Shown here one piece after another: positions 1 through 7,379 of a DNA stretch of 15,672 nucleotides (positions are counted from its first letter, which is position 1; each line of letters starts with the position of its first letter). Location of the stretch: NCBI GenBank assembly GCA_016235455.1, contig JACRKZ010000075.1, forward strand, positions 1-15,672. The letters run 5' to 3'. This DNA is from Armatimonadota bacterium (GTDB lineage: Bacteria > Armatimonadota > UBA10988). A program made the translations under genes and the position numbers. Below the pieces are notes generated by a model. The model ran no database searches. It worked only from the letters and a program-made list of their open reading frames with translations, and had not been told where the DNA came from.

Positions 1-153
1 GGCGATCTTGCGCTTCATCTCCGGCACGCGCTCGGGACCGAAGAAGGTCGCCGGCCAGACGTCGTCGAGTAGCAGACCGGTGCATTGGGGCGACAGCGTG
101 TAGGGCCAGCCGCCGGGCGACGCGGGCTGGCTGGCGAATAGGGCGGTGGCCAT
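1..153 (-). CDS. N-terminal 51 codons of a hypothetical protein that runs off the left edge
   Basis: ATG at 153 lies 2 nt after the TAG of the GH130 gene, with GGAG 7 nt upstream. The frame is open to position 1: MATALFASQPASPGGWPYTLSPQCTGLLLDDVWPATFFGPERVPEMKRKIA, with GC-rich third positions. Not in the ORF track because it is truncated. Confidence 0.75.
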   Translation of the reverse strand, partial: MATALFASQPASPGGWPYTLSPQCTGLLLDDVWPATFFGPERVPEMKRKIA

Positions 154-155
154 GA

Positions 156-1139
156 CTAGGCTCCACATAGCTTCACCAAGTCATCCACGTCCGCCGTGGC
201 CAGGCACATTACCGTGTCCGCCGCGCCGTAGTAGATCTTCACCTCGCCACTATCGTCGAGGATCAGGCCCGTGGGGAAGATGACGTTGTTGCGGAAGCCG
301 CCATCGACCTCATACGCCGCCTCGGGCGCGATGAGCGGGTCGGGGCACACGCCGAGCACCCGGTACGGGTTGTCGCGGTCGAGCAGCATGATGCCCGCCG
401 TGTAGCGCTTGGTCCATTTGGCTTCCCAGCCGTGCTTGCCGCGGTCGGGATCGATGTCCACCGCGTGGAACACCGCCAGCCAACCCGCGTCGGTCAGCAC
501 CGGCGGCGCCGCGGGGCCGATCTTGGCGTTGGCATAGGGCACGGTCTCGCCGCCGACCAGCAACTCGCTGTTGCCCCAGTAGCGCAGGTCGGGCGAGTCG
601 CTGATCCAGATATCGAACTTCTCGCCCCCGCCGCGGCTGTAGATGGGCATGGGCCGCTCCAGGCGCACGTACTTGCCGTCGAAGGTGCGGTCGAACAGCA
701 CCATGTTGCGGTTGTCGGGCACCGACATGCTGAGGATCTCGAAATGCTCGAAGTCGTCAGTGGTGGCAATGCCGCCGCGCAGGCCGTGGCGGGTGTCCAC
801 CGCGAAGCACATGACCACGCGGCCGTCGATGACGGTCAGGCGCGGGTCGTAGGCGCGGCTGATCTCGTCGCTGGCCAGGTCGAAGCAGGGCTCGGGTGCC
901 ACGGCCCAGGTGATGCCGTCGTCGCTGGTGGCCAGGCCGATGTTGGTGCCGGTCAGCTTCTGCTCGGCCAGGCTGCCATAGTCGTTGCGGAAGACCATGA
1001 CGTACTTGCCCTGCCAGCGGCAGACACCGGCGTTGAAGATGAGCGCCGCGTTGTACGGCACGTCGGCCGCGGTGAGTACCGGATTGGCCGGGTGACGCGT
1101 GATGACCGGGCTGGAGCTGAGTTCGCCGATGACCGCCAT
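156..1139 (-). CDS. Glycoside hydrolase family 130 protein, probable beta-mannoside phosphorylase (GH130_2-like, DUF377)
   Basis: Family motifs NPVL, IFNAGV, YDPR, NRNMVLF, RLERP, KIGPAAPP, FHAV, NVIFPTG and IYYGAADT. Basic phosphate-binding residues (R, R, K, H) appear retained. SD-like GAAAGGT lies 8 nt upstream. No signal peptide. Confidence 0.93.
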   Translation of the reverse strand: MAVIGELSSSPVITRHPANPVLTAADVPYNAALIFNAGVCRWQGKYVMVFRNDYGSLAEQKLTGTNIGLATSDDGITWAVAPEPCFDLASDEISRAYDPRLTVIDGRVVMCFAVDTRHGLRGGIATTDDFEHFEILSMSVPDNRNMVLFDRTFDGKYVRLERPMPIYSRGGGEKFDIWISDSPDLRYWGNSELLVGGETVPYANAKIGPAAPPVLTDAGWLAVFHAVDIDPDRGKHGWEAKWTKRYTAGIMLLDRDNPYRVLGVCPDPLIAPEAAYEVDGGFRNNVIFPTGLILDDSGEVKIYYGAADTVMCLATADVDDLVKLCGA

Positions 1140-1194
1140 GGGAGACTACCTTTCGTCGCCTGGGGCTTCGCCTCACGCGGCGCAACTCCTGCGG

Positions 1195-1212
1195 TACAAT
1201 GAGGCGGGGAGG
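1195..1212 (+). promoter_or_regulatory. Putative -10 box (TACAAT, 1195-1200) and Shine-Dalgarno (GGAGG, 1208-1212) of the yhaM-like gene
   Basis: 5/6 match to TATAAT in a 78-bp GC-rich divergent intergenic region. GGAGG is 5 nt before ATG 1218. No good -35 box seen. Confidence 0.5.
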
Positions 1213-1217
1213 CATCC

Positions 1218-2222
1218 ATGCCCGAGTTCGGACCGCTCATCGCCGACATCGTCGTGGGACAGAACGTCCGCGATGTGCCCGTCTACGTTCAGGAAGCCAC
1301 CGCGCGCACCAAGAAGGACGGCGGCACGTTTGGCAGCTACACCTTCCGTGACCGCACCGGCGCGCTGCCCGCGGTCGACTGGAACCAGTCGCCCGAAGAG
1401 GGCGAGCAGGGCGCCATCGCCCTGGTCAGCGGCCGCGTCGGCGAGTTCAAAGGCGAGCGCCAGTTGAGCGTGCAGTCGCTCTACCTGGTGGACAAGGTCG
1501 ACGAGCGCATCCTCGAACGCCTGCGCGAGCCCGTGGACGCCGCGCGCCAGGCGTGGCTGATCGGCGTCATGGAGCGCTGCGCGCAGCACATGGCGCCAGG
1601 CTTCTGGGCCATCTTCCGCGAGGCGCTGGGCCACGACCCGTTCGACCTGGAAGGCCCGTTCTGGACCTGGGCCGCCGGCGAGAAGATGCACCACACCGGC
1701 CTCGGCGGGCTGGCCTGGCATGTGTTGACCATGCTCGACCATGTCGATTCACTGGCCCCCGCCTACCCCAATCTCGATGTGGACATGCTGCGGCTGGCCG
1801 TGTTGTGCCACGACCTGGGTAAGATCGACGCTTACGATATGGGCCTCGTGGCCGCCCGCCGGCTGCCGTTGGACAGCTCCGTCGGCCATACGGCCATCTC
1901 TATGATGCGCGTCTCGACGGCCATCGGGCGCTTGCGTGAGCAGGGCCAGATCATCACCGCGAGTGACGAGGAGAACCTGCTGCACTGCCTGGCCGCACAC
2001 CATGGGCGGCGCGAATGGGGCGCCATCGTCGAACCCGTGTCCGCCGAGGCCGCCGCGCTGCACGCGCTGGACCTGATCGACTCGCGGCTGCGCTGCACCG
2101 ACCAGATCACCACGCCCCTGCCCGAGCGGCTGGCCGCGCCGCCGTCGGACCGGGCGCCGCGCCGTCGCTCGTCGCCGGAGCCCGCGGCGCCGGCTTCGCA
2201 GGCGTCGCTGTTCGAGGACTGA
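1218..2222 (+). CDS. yhaM: YhaM/Cbf1-family 3'-5' exonuclease (N-terminal OB fold plus HD domain)
   Basis: OB-fold signature (TKKDG..F....FRDRTG....V.W...G.V.EFKGERQL) followed by HD motifs AAGEKMHH, GGLAWH, CHDLGKI, VGH, HHGRREWG and EAAALHALDLIDS. Strong SD. Pro/Arg-rich C-terminal tail ending QASLFED. Confidence 0.88.
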   Translation: MPEFGPLIADIVVGQNVRDVPVYVQEATARTKKDGGTFGSYTFRDRTGALPAVDWNQSPEEGEQGAIALVSGRVGEFKGERQLSVQSLYLVDKVDERILERLREPVDAARQAWLIGVMERCAQHMAPGFWAIFREALGHDPFDLEGPFWTWAAGEKMHHTGLGGLAWHVLTMLDHVDSLAPAYPNLDVDMLRLAVLCHDLGKIDAYDMGLVAARRLPLDSSVGHTAISMMRVSTAIGRLREQGQIITASDEENLLHCLAAHHGRREWGAIVEPVSAEAAALHALDLIDSRLRCTDQITTPLPERLAAPPSDRAPRRRSSPEPAAPASQASLFED

Positions 2223-2223
2223 C

Positions 2224-3099
2224 ATGCGCTCCGAGTGGCTGCCGGTGGACTTGCCGCCCGACCTGCTGGTCGGCACCAGCAGCTTCTCCTGGCCCGAATG
2301 GCACGGGCCGTTCTACCCGCCGGAGCTGCCCGTCGGCGAGCGCATCGCCTTCTATGCCACGCAGTTCCCCACGGTCGAAGTGGACTCGTCGTTCTACCGC
2401 TGCCCCACGCGCGCCCAGACCAGCCGGTGGGCGCGCCTGACGCCCGAGTCCTTCCGCTTCGCACTCAAGGTGCCCCGGGCCATCACCCACGACACCGCCC
2501 TGACCGGCCCCGACACCGACGTGGCCGAGTTCCTCGACGCCGTCGCGCCGCTGGGGCCGCGGCTGGGTCCCTGCCTGCTGCAGTTCCCGTATGTCGCGCG
2601 CGGGGCCGATGCCGACGAGTATCGCCATGGCGACCGGCTGCGCGAGAGCCTGGCCCGGTGGCTGGACCGCTGGTCCGGCCAGGCGCAGTGGGTAGTGGAG
2701 GTGCGCAACGCCGCCTGGCTCGAAGGCCCGCTGCCCGCGCTGCTGGCCGAGTACGGCGTGTCGCTGGCGCTGACCGCCTACTACACCATGCCCAGCCTGG
2801 CCTCCATGCTGCGCGATGGGCTCGACCCGCTGACCGGGCCGCTGGCCTACGTGCGCTTCCTGGGCCATCACAAGCAGCTCGACGCACGCAACGCCGAGTT
2901 GATCGCCGAGGGCGCCAAGCCCAAGGGCTACACCGAGCTGATCGTCGACCGCGAGGCGGAGATGCGTGGCTGGGTGGATGCGCTGCTGCCGGTGCTCACG
3001 CGACGCAGCACCTGGTGCTACTTCAACAACCACTACGCGGGGTTCGGGCCGGGCTCGGCGCGACTGTTCGCGCGGCTGTGGGACGAGATCCACGGGTAG
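2224..3099 (+). CDS. DUF72 (YecE-like) TIM-barrel protein
   Basis: Motifs VGTSSFSW, FY...F.TVEVDSSFY, FRFALKVPRAITH, LLQFP, VEVRN, YVRFLG and YFNNHYAG. ATG follows the upstream TGA after 1 nt (TGAcATG). Confidence 0.93.
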   Translation: MRSEWLPVDLPPDLLVGTSSFSWPEWHGPFYPPELPVGERIAFYATQFPTVEVDSSFYRCPTRAQTSRWARLTPESFRFALKVPRAITHDTALTGPDTDVAEFLDAVAPLGPRLGPCLLQFPYVARGADADEYRHGDRLRESLARWLDRWSGQAQWVVEVRNAAWLEGPLPALLAEYGVSLALTAYYTMPSLASMLRDGLDPLTGPLAYVRFLGHHKQLDARNAELIAEGAKPKGYTELIVDREAEMRGWVDALLPVLTRRSTWCYFNNHYAGFGPGSARLFARLWDEIHG

Positions 3100-3148
3100 C
3101 AGGATCGCATCGACCAACCACGAAAGGGCCCTGCGATCGAGAAGTGCC

Positions 3149-6100
3149 ATGCTCCGCTGTCTACTGCTGTCGCTCCTGACCGCCACCCTCACCGTCGCCA
3201 CGCCGTTGGCCGCGCGCCTGGAAGGCGCCGACGGCCGGTGGGCCGCGCCAAGCGCCGAACTGCGGGTGCCCGCGCCCGACCAGCACAGCGTGACGCTCAG
3301 CTTCCGCCTGCGCGCGCCGGGCGAGACCATCACGCCCATGGACCGCCGCGGCGACGACCCGTGGTATGGCTCGGGCTGGTGGAGCGGCCCCGAATGGTGC
3401 CGGGTCGGCCGGGACTGGCAGCATCCGGGCGAGCGCACGGGCAGCATCCGCTGCTGGCGCGCGCCGCGGGACGGCCACGTCACGCTCACTGGCCGCGTGC
3501 GCAAGCTGCACCTCGATGGCGATGGCGTGCGGGTCAGCATCCGCGCCGGCGGGCGAGAGCTATGGCAGGCGGAGCTGGAAGGCAAGGACGGCCAGGGCGT
3601 CGAGCCCAAGCTGGCGCTCGACCTGAAGCGCGGCGACGCCCTTCGCTTCATCGTCGAACGGCGCGGCACGCACTTCTGCGACACCACCGGCTGGGACCCT
3701 GGCATTGCCTACGATGACGGCGAGACCTTCCTGGCCTCGAAGGCCTGGGGTCCGGAGCAGGGCACGCAGGGCTGGTCGTATGAGGTGCTCGGCGACCCCG
3801 ATCAGAGCGAGCCCCGGCCCATGCTGACCGGCGTGGACAATGGGCTGTCGTTGCGGCGAGCCGCACTGAGCGATGGGCAGACCATCGCCTGGGCCGGCAG
3901 CGAGCTACTGCCCGCCTGGCTGCTGTCGGATGGAGATCGATCCGGGCTGGTGCTCGTGCCGGAGCCGGCCAGCGTGTGCGGGCTCAGCGTCGACGCCGGC
4001 GCGGACGGCCTGCTGCGGCTGACCGTGACCAGCGCTGGGCGCTTGGATGCGGTGCGCGCGCGCAGCTATGAGGCTGCTCAAGCGACCGGGCTCATGCTGC
4101 TGGCCGACGAACTCAGCCCCCACGCCCGCGCCACCCTCGACGCGCTGAGCGGCGGCCTGGCCCGCCGGCCGGATCTGCCGATGCTGCTGCTCGCCCAGGC
4201 TGAATGGCGGCGTGAGGACAAGCTGGCAGAGAGCACGGCGTCGTACGCCGCGGCCATCGCCGACCACGGCCGCCGCTTGGCCGCGCTGGGCGTCAAAGCG
4301 CCCACCCCTGCCGCCAACGAACTCGACGCACTCCGCGAGACCTACCTCAAGACTCGACTTCTAAAGCGCGACAGACTTCTGGCCAAGGCGCTCCCCGCAG
4401 CCGCGCAACTGCTCTTCTGCCGCCGCGCGCAACCCAGCTACGCCCATCTCGTCGGCCAGTACTTCGGCTGGCGGCAGCGGCCCGGCGGCGGGCTGTATGT
4501 GCTGGAGCAGCCCGGCGTGTCGCTGCGCACGCGCGATGTGCTGGGTCATCAGTTGCCCGCCGGCAGCGTGCTCGAGCCGAGCCTGTCGTTCGATGGCCAG
4601 CGCATCGCCTTCTCGTATGTCGCCACGCCCAGCCGGCCGCTGATCTCCACCGAGCTGCCGGTCAACGAGGAGGGTGGTAACGAGGGCTACTTCCACCTGT
4701 ATGAGATCGGCGTCGATGGCACCGGCCTGCGCCAGCGCACTGACGGCCGGTATGACGACATGATGCCCTGCTGGCTGCCCGACGGCGGGCTGGCCTTCGT
4801 GTCCACGCGGCGGCAGAGCTACTCGCGCTGCTTCGGCACCAACTTCAGCCGGCGCTGGCACAGCTACACGCTGCACCGGCTCGACCCGGGCGGCGAGCCG
4901 CGCATCCTGTCGATGAACGACGTGAGCGAATGGTTCCCGGCGCTAGGCAACGACGGTCGGCTGCTGTTTGCGCGATGGGACTACATCGACCGCGACGCCG
5001 TCACCCACCAGAACCTGTGGGCCTCGCGGCCGGACGGCACCAACCCCGTGGCCATTTGGGGCAATGCGTCGCCCAAGCCGCATTGCACCTTCCAGGCCAA
5101 GGCCATCCCCGGCAGCCAGAAGATCGCCTTCATCGCCTCGGCGCACCACAGCATCACCGCCGGCCCGCTGTGCGTGCTCGACCCGACCGTCGATGCCAAC
5201 AGCCAGGACGCCATTCGCCGCGTGACGCCCGGCCCGCTGCCCGAAGCCGAGGACAACAGCATCGGCGAGTACTACAACGCCCCCTGGCCGCTGTCGGAAG
5301 ACCTGTTCCTGGTGGCCTACAGTCCCGAGCGGCTGATCTTCGAGGGCGAGCATCTGTCCACCCCTAACCCCGACTACGCGCTGGGCCTGTATGTGCTCGA
5401 CTCCGCGGGCAACCGCGAGTTGCTCTACCGTGACGGCCAGCTCGGCGCCACCAACCCCATGCCATTGGCCGCGCGGCCGGCGCCACCCAACCTGCCGGCG
5501 CAGCTCGTGCCGGCGGGCGCGACCTCGGGTGAGATGCTGCTGACCGACGTCTATCAGGGCCTGGGCAACGTGCCGCGGGGCAGCATCACCGCGCTGCGCG
5601 TGGTCGAGATCCTGCCCAAGACCTCGTGGTTGGCCAACGATCCGCGCATCGGCATCGCCGGCGAGGAGAACGCGCGCACCATCCTTGGCACGGTGCCGGT
5701 CGATGCCGACGGCTCGGCCCGGTTTGAGCTGCCGGCGCACCGCGCGGTGCTGTTCCAGGCGCTCGACCGCGAGGGCAACGCCTACCAGACCATGCGTTCC
5801 ATCACCTGGGTGCAGCCGGGCGAGAAGACCGCCTGCGTAGGTTGCCACGAGCGCCCGCTGACCGCCTCGCGCGCCAGCCGGCCCGGCGTGCCGCTCGCGC
5901 TCACTAGGCCCGCTTCGCAGCTCGATCCCGGCACGTTGGGGGGCGAGCCCTTCTCGTATGCCAAGCTTGTTCAGCCTATCCTGGACAAGCGCTGCGGAAG
6001 CTGCCACGCCGGCGCCGAGGCCGAGGCCAAGGCCGGCCTGGTGCTCACCGGCGAGCCCAAGGACGGCCTATCAGCCAGTTACCTGGCGCTGTGCGACGAC

Positions 6101-6310
6101 AAGGCCGGCCTGGTGCCGCGCTTCCCACAGCGCAACCAGGTGCAGATCACGCCGCCCGGCGGTCAGACCGGCGCGCTCGGCAGCAGGCTGATGAAGCTGC
6201 TGCGCGATGGTCACCACGAAGTGCGCCTGAGCGACGACGAACGCCGCACGCTGGCCGCCTGGATCGACCTCAACGCCGTCTATCGCGGTGACTACGGGTC
6301 GTCACAGTGA
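3149..6310 (+). CDS. Secreted HzsA-related protein: N-terminal beta-sandwich, TolB/PD40-like beta-propeller, hydrazine-synthase-alpha middle domain and C-terminal cytochrome c domain (2 CxxCH)
   Basis: Start moved from 2966 (overlaps DUF72) to ATG 3149, which gives the signal peptide MLRCLLLSLLTATLTVATPLAA. PD40-like repeats include PSLSFDGQRIAFS, PCWLPDGGLAFVSTR and DGRLLFARWDY. HZS_alpha-type motif LGTVPVDADGSARF..PA...LFQALD..G...Q.MRS....QPGE...CVGCHE (CxxCH 5834-5848). Then VQPILDKRCGSCH (5993-6007) and LAAWID. Confidence 0.88.
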   Translation: MLRCLLLSLLTATLTVATPLAARLEGADGRWAAPSAELRVPAPDQHSVTLSFRLRAPGETITPMDRRGDDPWYGSGWWSGPEWCRVGRDWQHPGERTGSIRCWRAPRDGHVTLTGRVRKLHLDGDGVRVSIRAGGRELWQAELEGKDGQGVEPKLALDLKRGDALRFIVERRGTHFCDTTGWDPGIAYDDGETFLASKAWGPEQGTQGWSYEVLGDPDQSEPRPMLTGVDNGLSLRRAALSDGQTIAWAGSELLPAWLLSDGDRSGLVLVPEPASVCGLSVDAGADGLLRLTVTSAGRLDAVRARSYEAAQATGLMLLADELSPHARATLDALSGGLARRPDLPMLLLAQAEWRREDKLAESTASYAAAIADHGRRLAALGVKAPTPAANELDALRETYLKTRLLKRDRLLAKALPAAAQLLFCRRAQPSYAHLVGQYFGWRQRPGGGLYVLEQPGVSLRTRDVLGHQLPAGSVLEPSLSFDGQRIAFSYVATPSRPLISTELPVNEEGGNEGYFHLYEIGVDGTGLRQRTDGRYDDMMPCWLPDGGLAFVSTRRQSYSRCFGTNFSRRWHSYTLHRLDPGGEPRILSMNDVSEWFPALGNDGRLLFARWDYIDRDAVTHQNLWASRPDGTNPVAIWGNASPKPHCTFQAKAIPGSQKIAFIASAHHSITAGPLCVLDPTVDANSQDAIRRVTPGPLPEAEDNSIGEYYNAPWPLSEDLFLVAYSPERLIFEGEHLSTPNPDYALGLYVLDSAGNRELLYRDGQLGATNPMPLAARPAPPNLPAQLVPAGATSGEMLLTDVYQGLGNVPRGSITALRVVEILPKTSWLANDPRIGIAGEENARTILGTVPVDADGSARFELPAHRAVLFQALDREGNAYQTMRSITWVQPGEKTACVGCHERPLTASRASRPGVPLALTRPASQLDPGTLGGEPFSYAKLVQPILDKRCGSCHAGAEAEAKAGLVLTGEPKDGLSASYLALCDDKAGLVPRFPQRNQVQITPPGGQTGALGSRLMKLLRDGHHEVRLSDDERRTLAAWIDLNAVYRGDYGSSQ

Positions 6311-7327
6311 GGCCAACGCCTCCTTGAGTTGGGCGACTGCACGGTCCTCCAGAGCGGCGATGCGCTCGACCATGGCGGTGTAGCCAGCGCGGCCGCCCTT
6401 GGTCGGTCCCGGATGCGGCAACTCGCCGCCGAGCGCCTCGGTCAGCACCTGTTGGTACAGCGCGGTCGCCGCGGTCAGGTGCGCCCCGGCCGCGCCGGTC
6501 TGGCGCTGCGCCATCTCGTGCAGGTAGACCACGGCACTGGCCCGGTCATAGCGCAGGTGGATGAGCATGTTGTTGTCGGCGGCCTGGTCGGCATGCAGCA
6601 GGCGCAGCCACTCGGCCCAGGCCTGTCGGCCCGAGAAGCGCGTCTTGGGCGCGTCGGCGCCCTGGGCCCGCTCCTCGTGCAGGGCGATGATGTGGCGCAG
6701 CGAGGCTGTGTCCACCTGCCGGGCGTCGGCCGCGGGCTGTCGTTCGCCGAACACGTACAGGCCCCACGGATAGCTGGCCGCACGCACCACCTCGGCGCCG
6801 AAGTTGGTGGCGTGGCCTTTGGTGCCGTAGCCCAGGATGGCCGGCTCGCCGCCGTCGGTGCCGGTGATGACGAAGCAATGGTCGTCTTGGGCCAGCACGG
6901 GCCGGCCGGCCCGCAGCGCGGGCTCGACGGCCGGCAGCAGCGCGCGGCGGAACTCGGCGCCCGAGTCGGCGCGGTGCGCGGCCAGATCGCAGGTCAGCCG
7001 GCGGATCTCCCAGCCCGTAGCCTGGCTCAGCAGCGGCAGACCCAGCTCGAAGCCCCAGGCATCGTTCGGCCACCAAGCGCAGTCCAGCTCATGGCCCGGG
7101 AGGTACGGGCCGCTGGTATCCACCTGCAGGATGAAGGCCACGCCGCTGAGCCCCATGACCCGGTCGTAGCTGATGGCGGGACCGAGGTGGGACAGCGCGG
7201 CGGACATGGCCCGCGCGTAGGTGTTGCCCGACTCGCTCGCCGGCGGTGTCATCTTCAGCGGCTCGGCCGCGGCGGCGCCCAGCAGCGCGAGCGCCGTGAG
7301 CAGTGTGGTGGTTCTGTCCATGGCCAT
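6302..7327 (-). CDS. Secreted hypothetical protein, probably a degenerate papain-like (C39/BtrH-like) fold
   Basis: The track ORF to 7828 overlaps the next gene. The real start is ATG 7327 or 7321, after GGAGG (7332-7336). Signal peptide MDRTTTLLTALALLGAAAA. Motifs SYDRVMGLSGVAF and LRAGRPVL....HCFVITG.D, followed by a helical C-terminal region. The fold call is inference. Confidence 0.75.
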   Translation of the reverse strand: MAMDRTTTLLTALALLGAAAAEPLKMTPPASESGNTYARAMSAALSHLGPAISYDRVMGLSGVAFILQVDTSGPYLPGHELDCAWWPNDAWGFELGLPLLSQATGWEIRRLTCDLAAHRADSGAEFRRALLPAVEPALRAGRPVLAQDDHCFVITGTDGGEPAILGYGTKGHATNFGAEVVRAASYPWGLYVFGERQPAADARQVDTASLRHIIALHEERAQGADAPKTRFSGRQAWAEWLRLLHADQAADNNMLIHLRYDRASAVVYLHEMAQRQTGAAGAHLTAATALYQQVLTEALGGELPHPGPTKGGRAGYTAMVERIAALEDRAVAQLKEALASL

Positions 7328-7379
7328 GCAACCTCCCTGTCTCGCCCGTCCGGATGAGGCACAGGCGCGATCGCTGACT

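Noticed and set aside
1218-2222. HD protein as a Cas3'' or other defence nuclease
   Set aside because: The OB+HD layout and HHG..EWG motif fit YhaM. No CRISPR array, cas gene or helicase occurs in the window.
3122-3133. Alternative in-frame CTG start at 3131 after GAAAGGG
   Set aside because: The SD spacing of 2-3 nt is too short, and CTG starts are rare.
3103-3138. Inverted repeat GATCGCA-N22-TGCGATC between DUF72 and the HzsA-like gene, as a terminator or riboswitch
   Set aside because: Only 7 bp with a large loop, no U-tract and no known aptamer motif.
2966-3148. N-terminal extension of the 1114-aa track ORF
   Set aside because: It overlaps DUF72 and is low-complexity. ATG 3149 gives a proper signal peptide.
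3149-6310. Evidence for anammox (true hydrazine synthase)
   Set aside because: No hzsB/hzsC nearby, extra N-terminal domains, and no Tyr at the His+4 position. Only domain-level similarity is supported.
7367-7374. GCGATCGC (HIP1-like) palindrome, also at 14470-14477
   Set aside because: I noticed only two copies in 15.7 kb, which is compatible with chance at this GC content.
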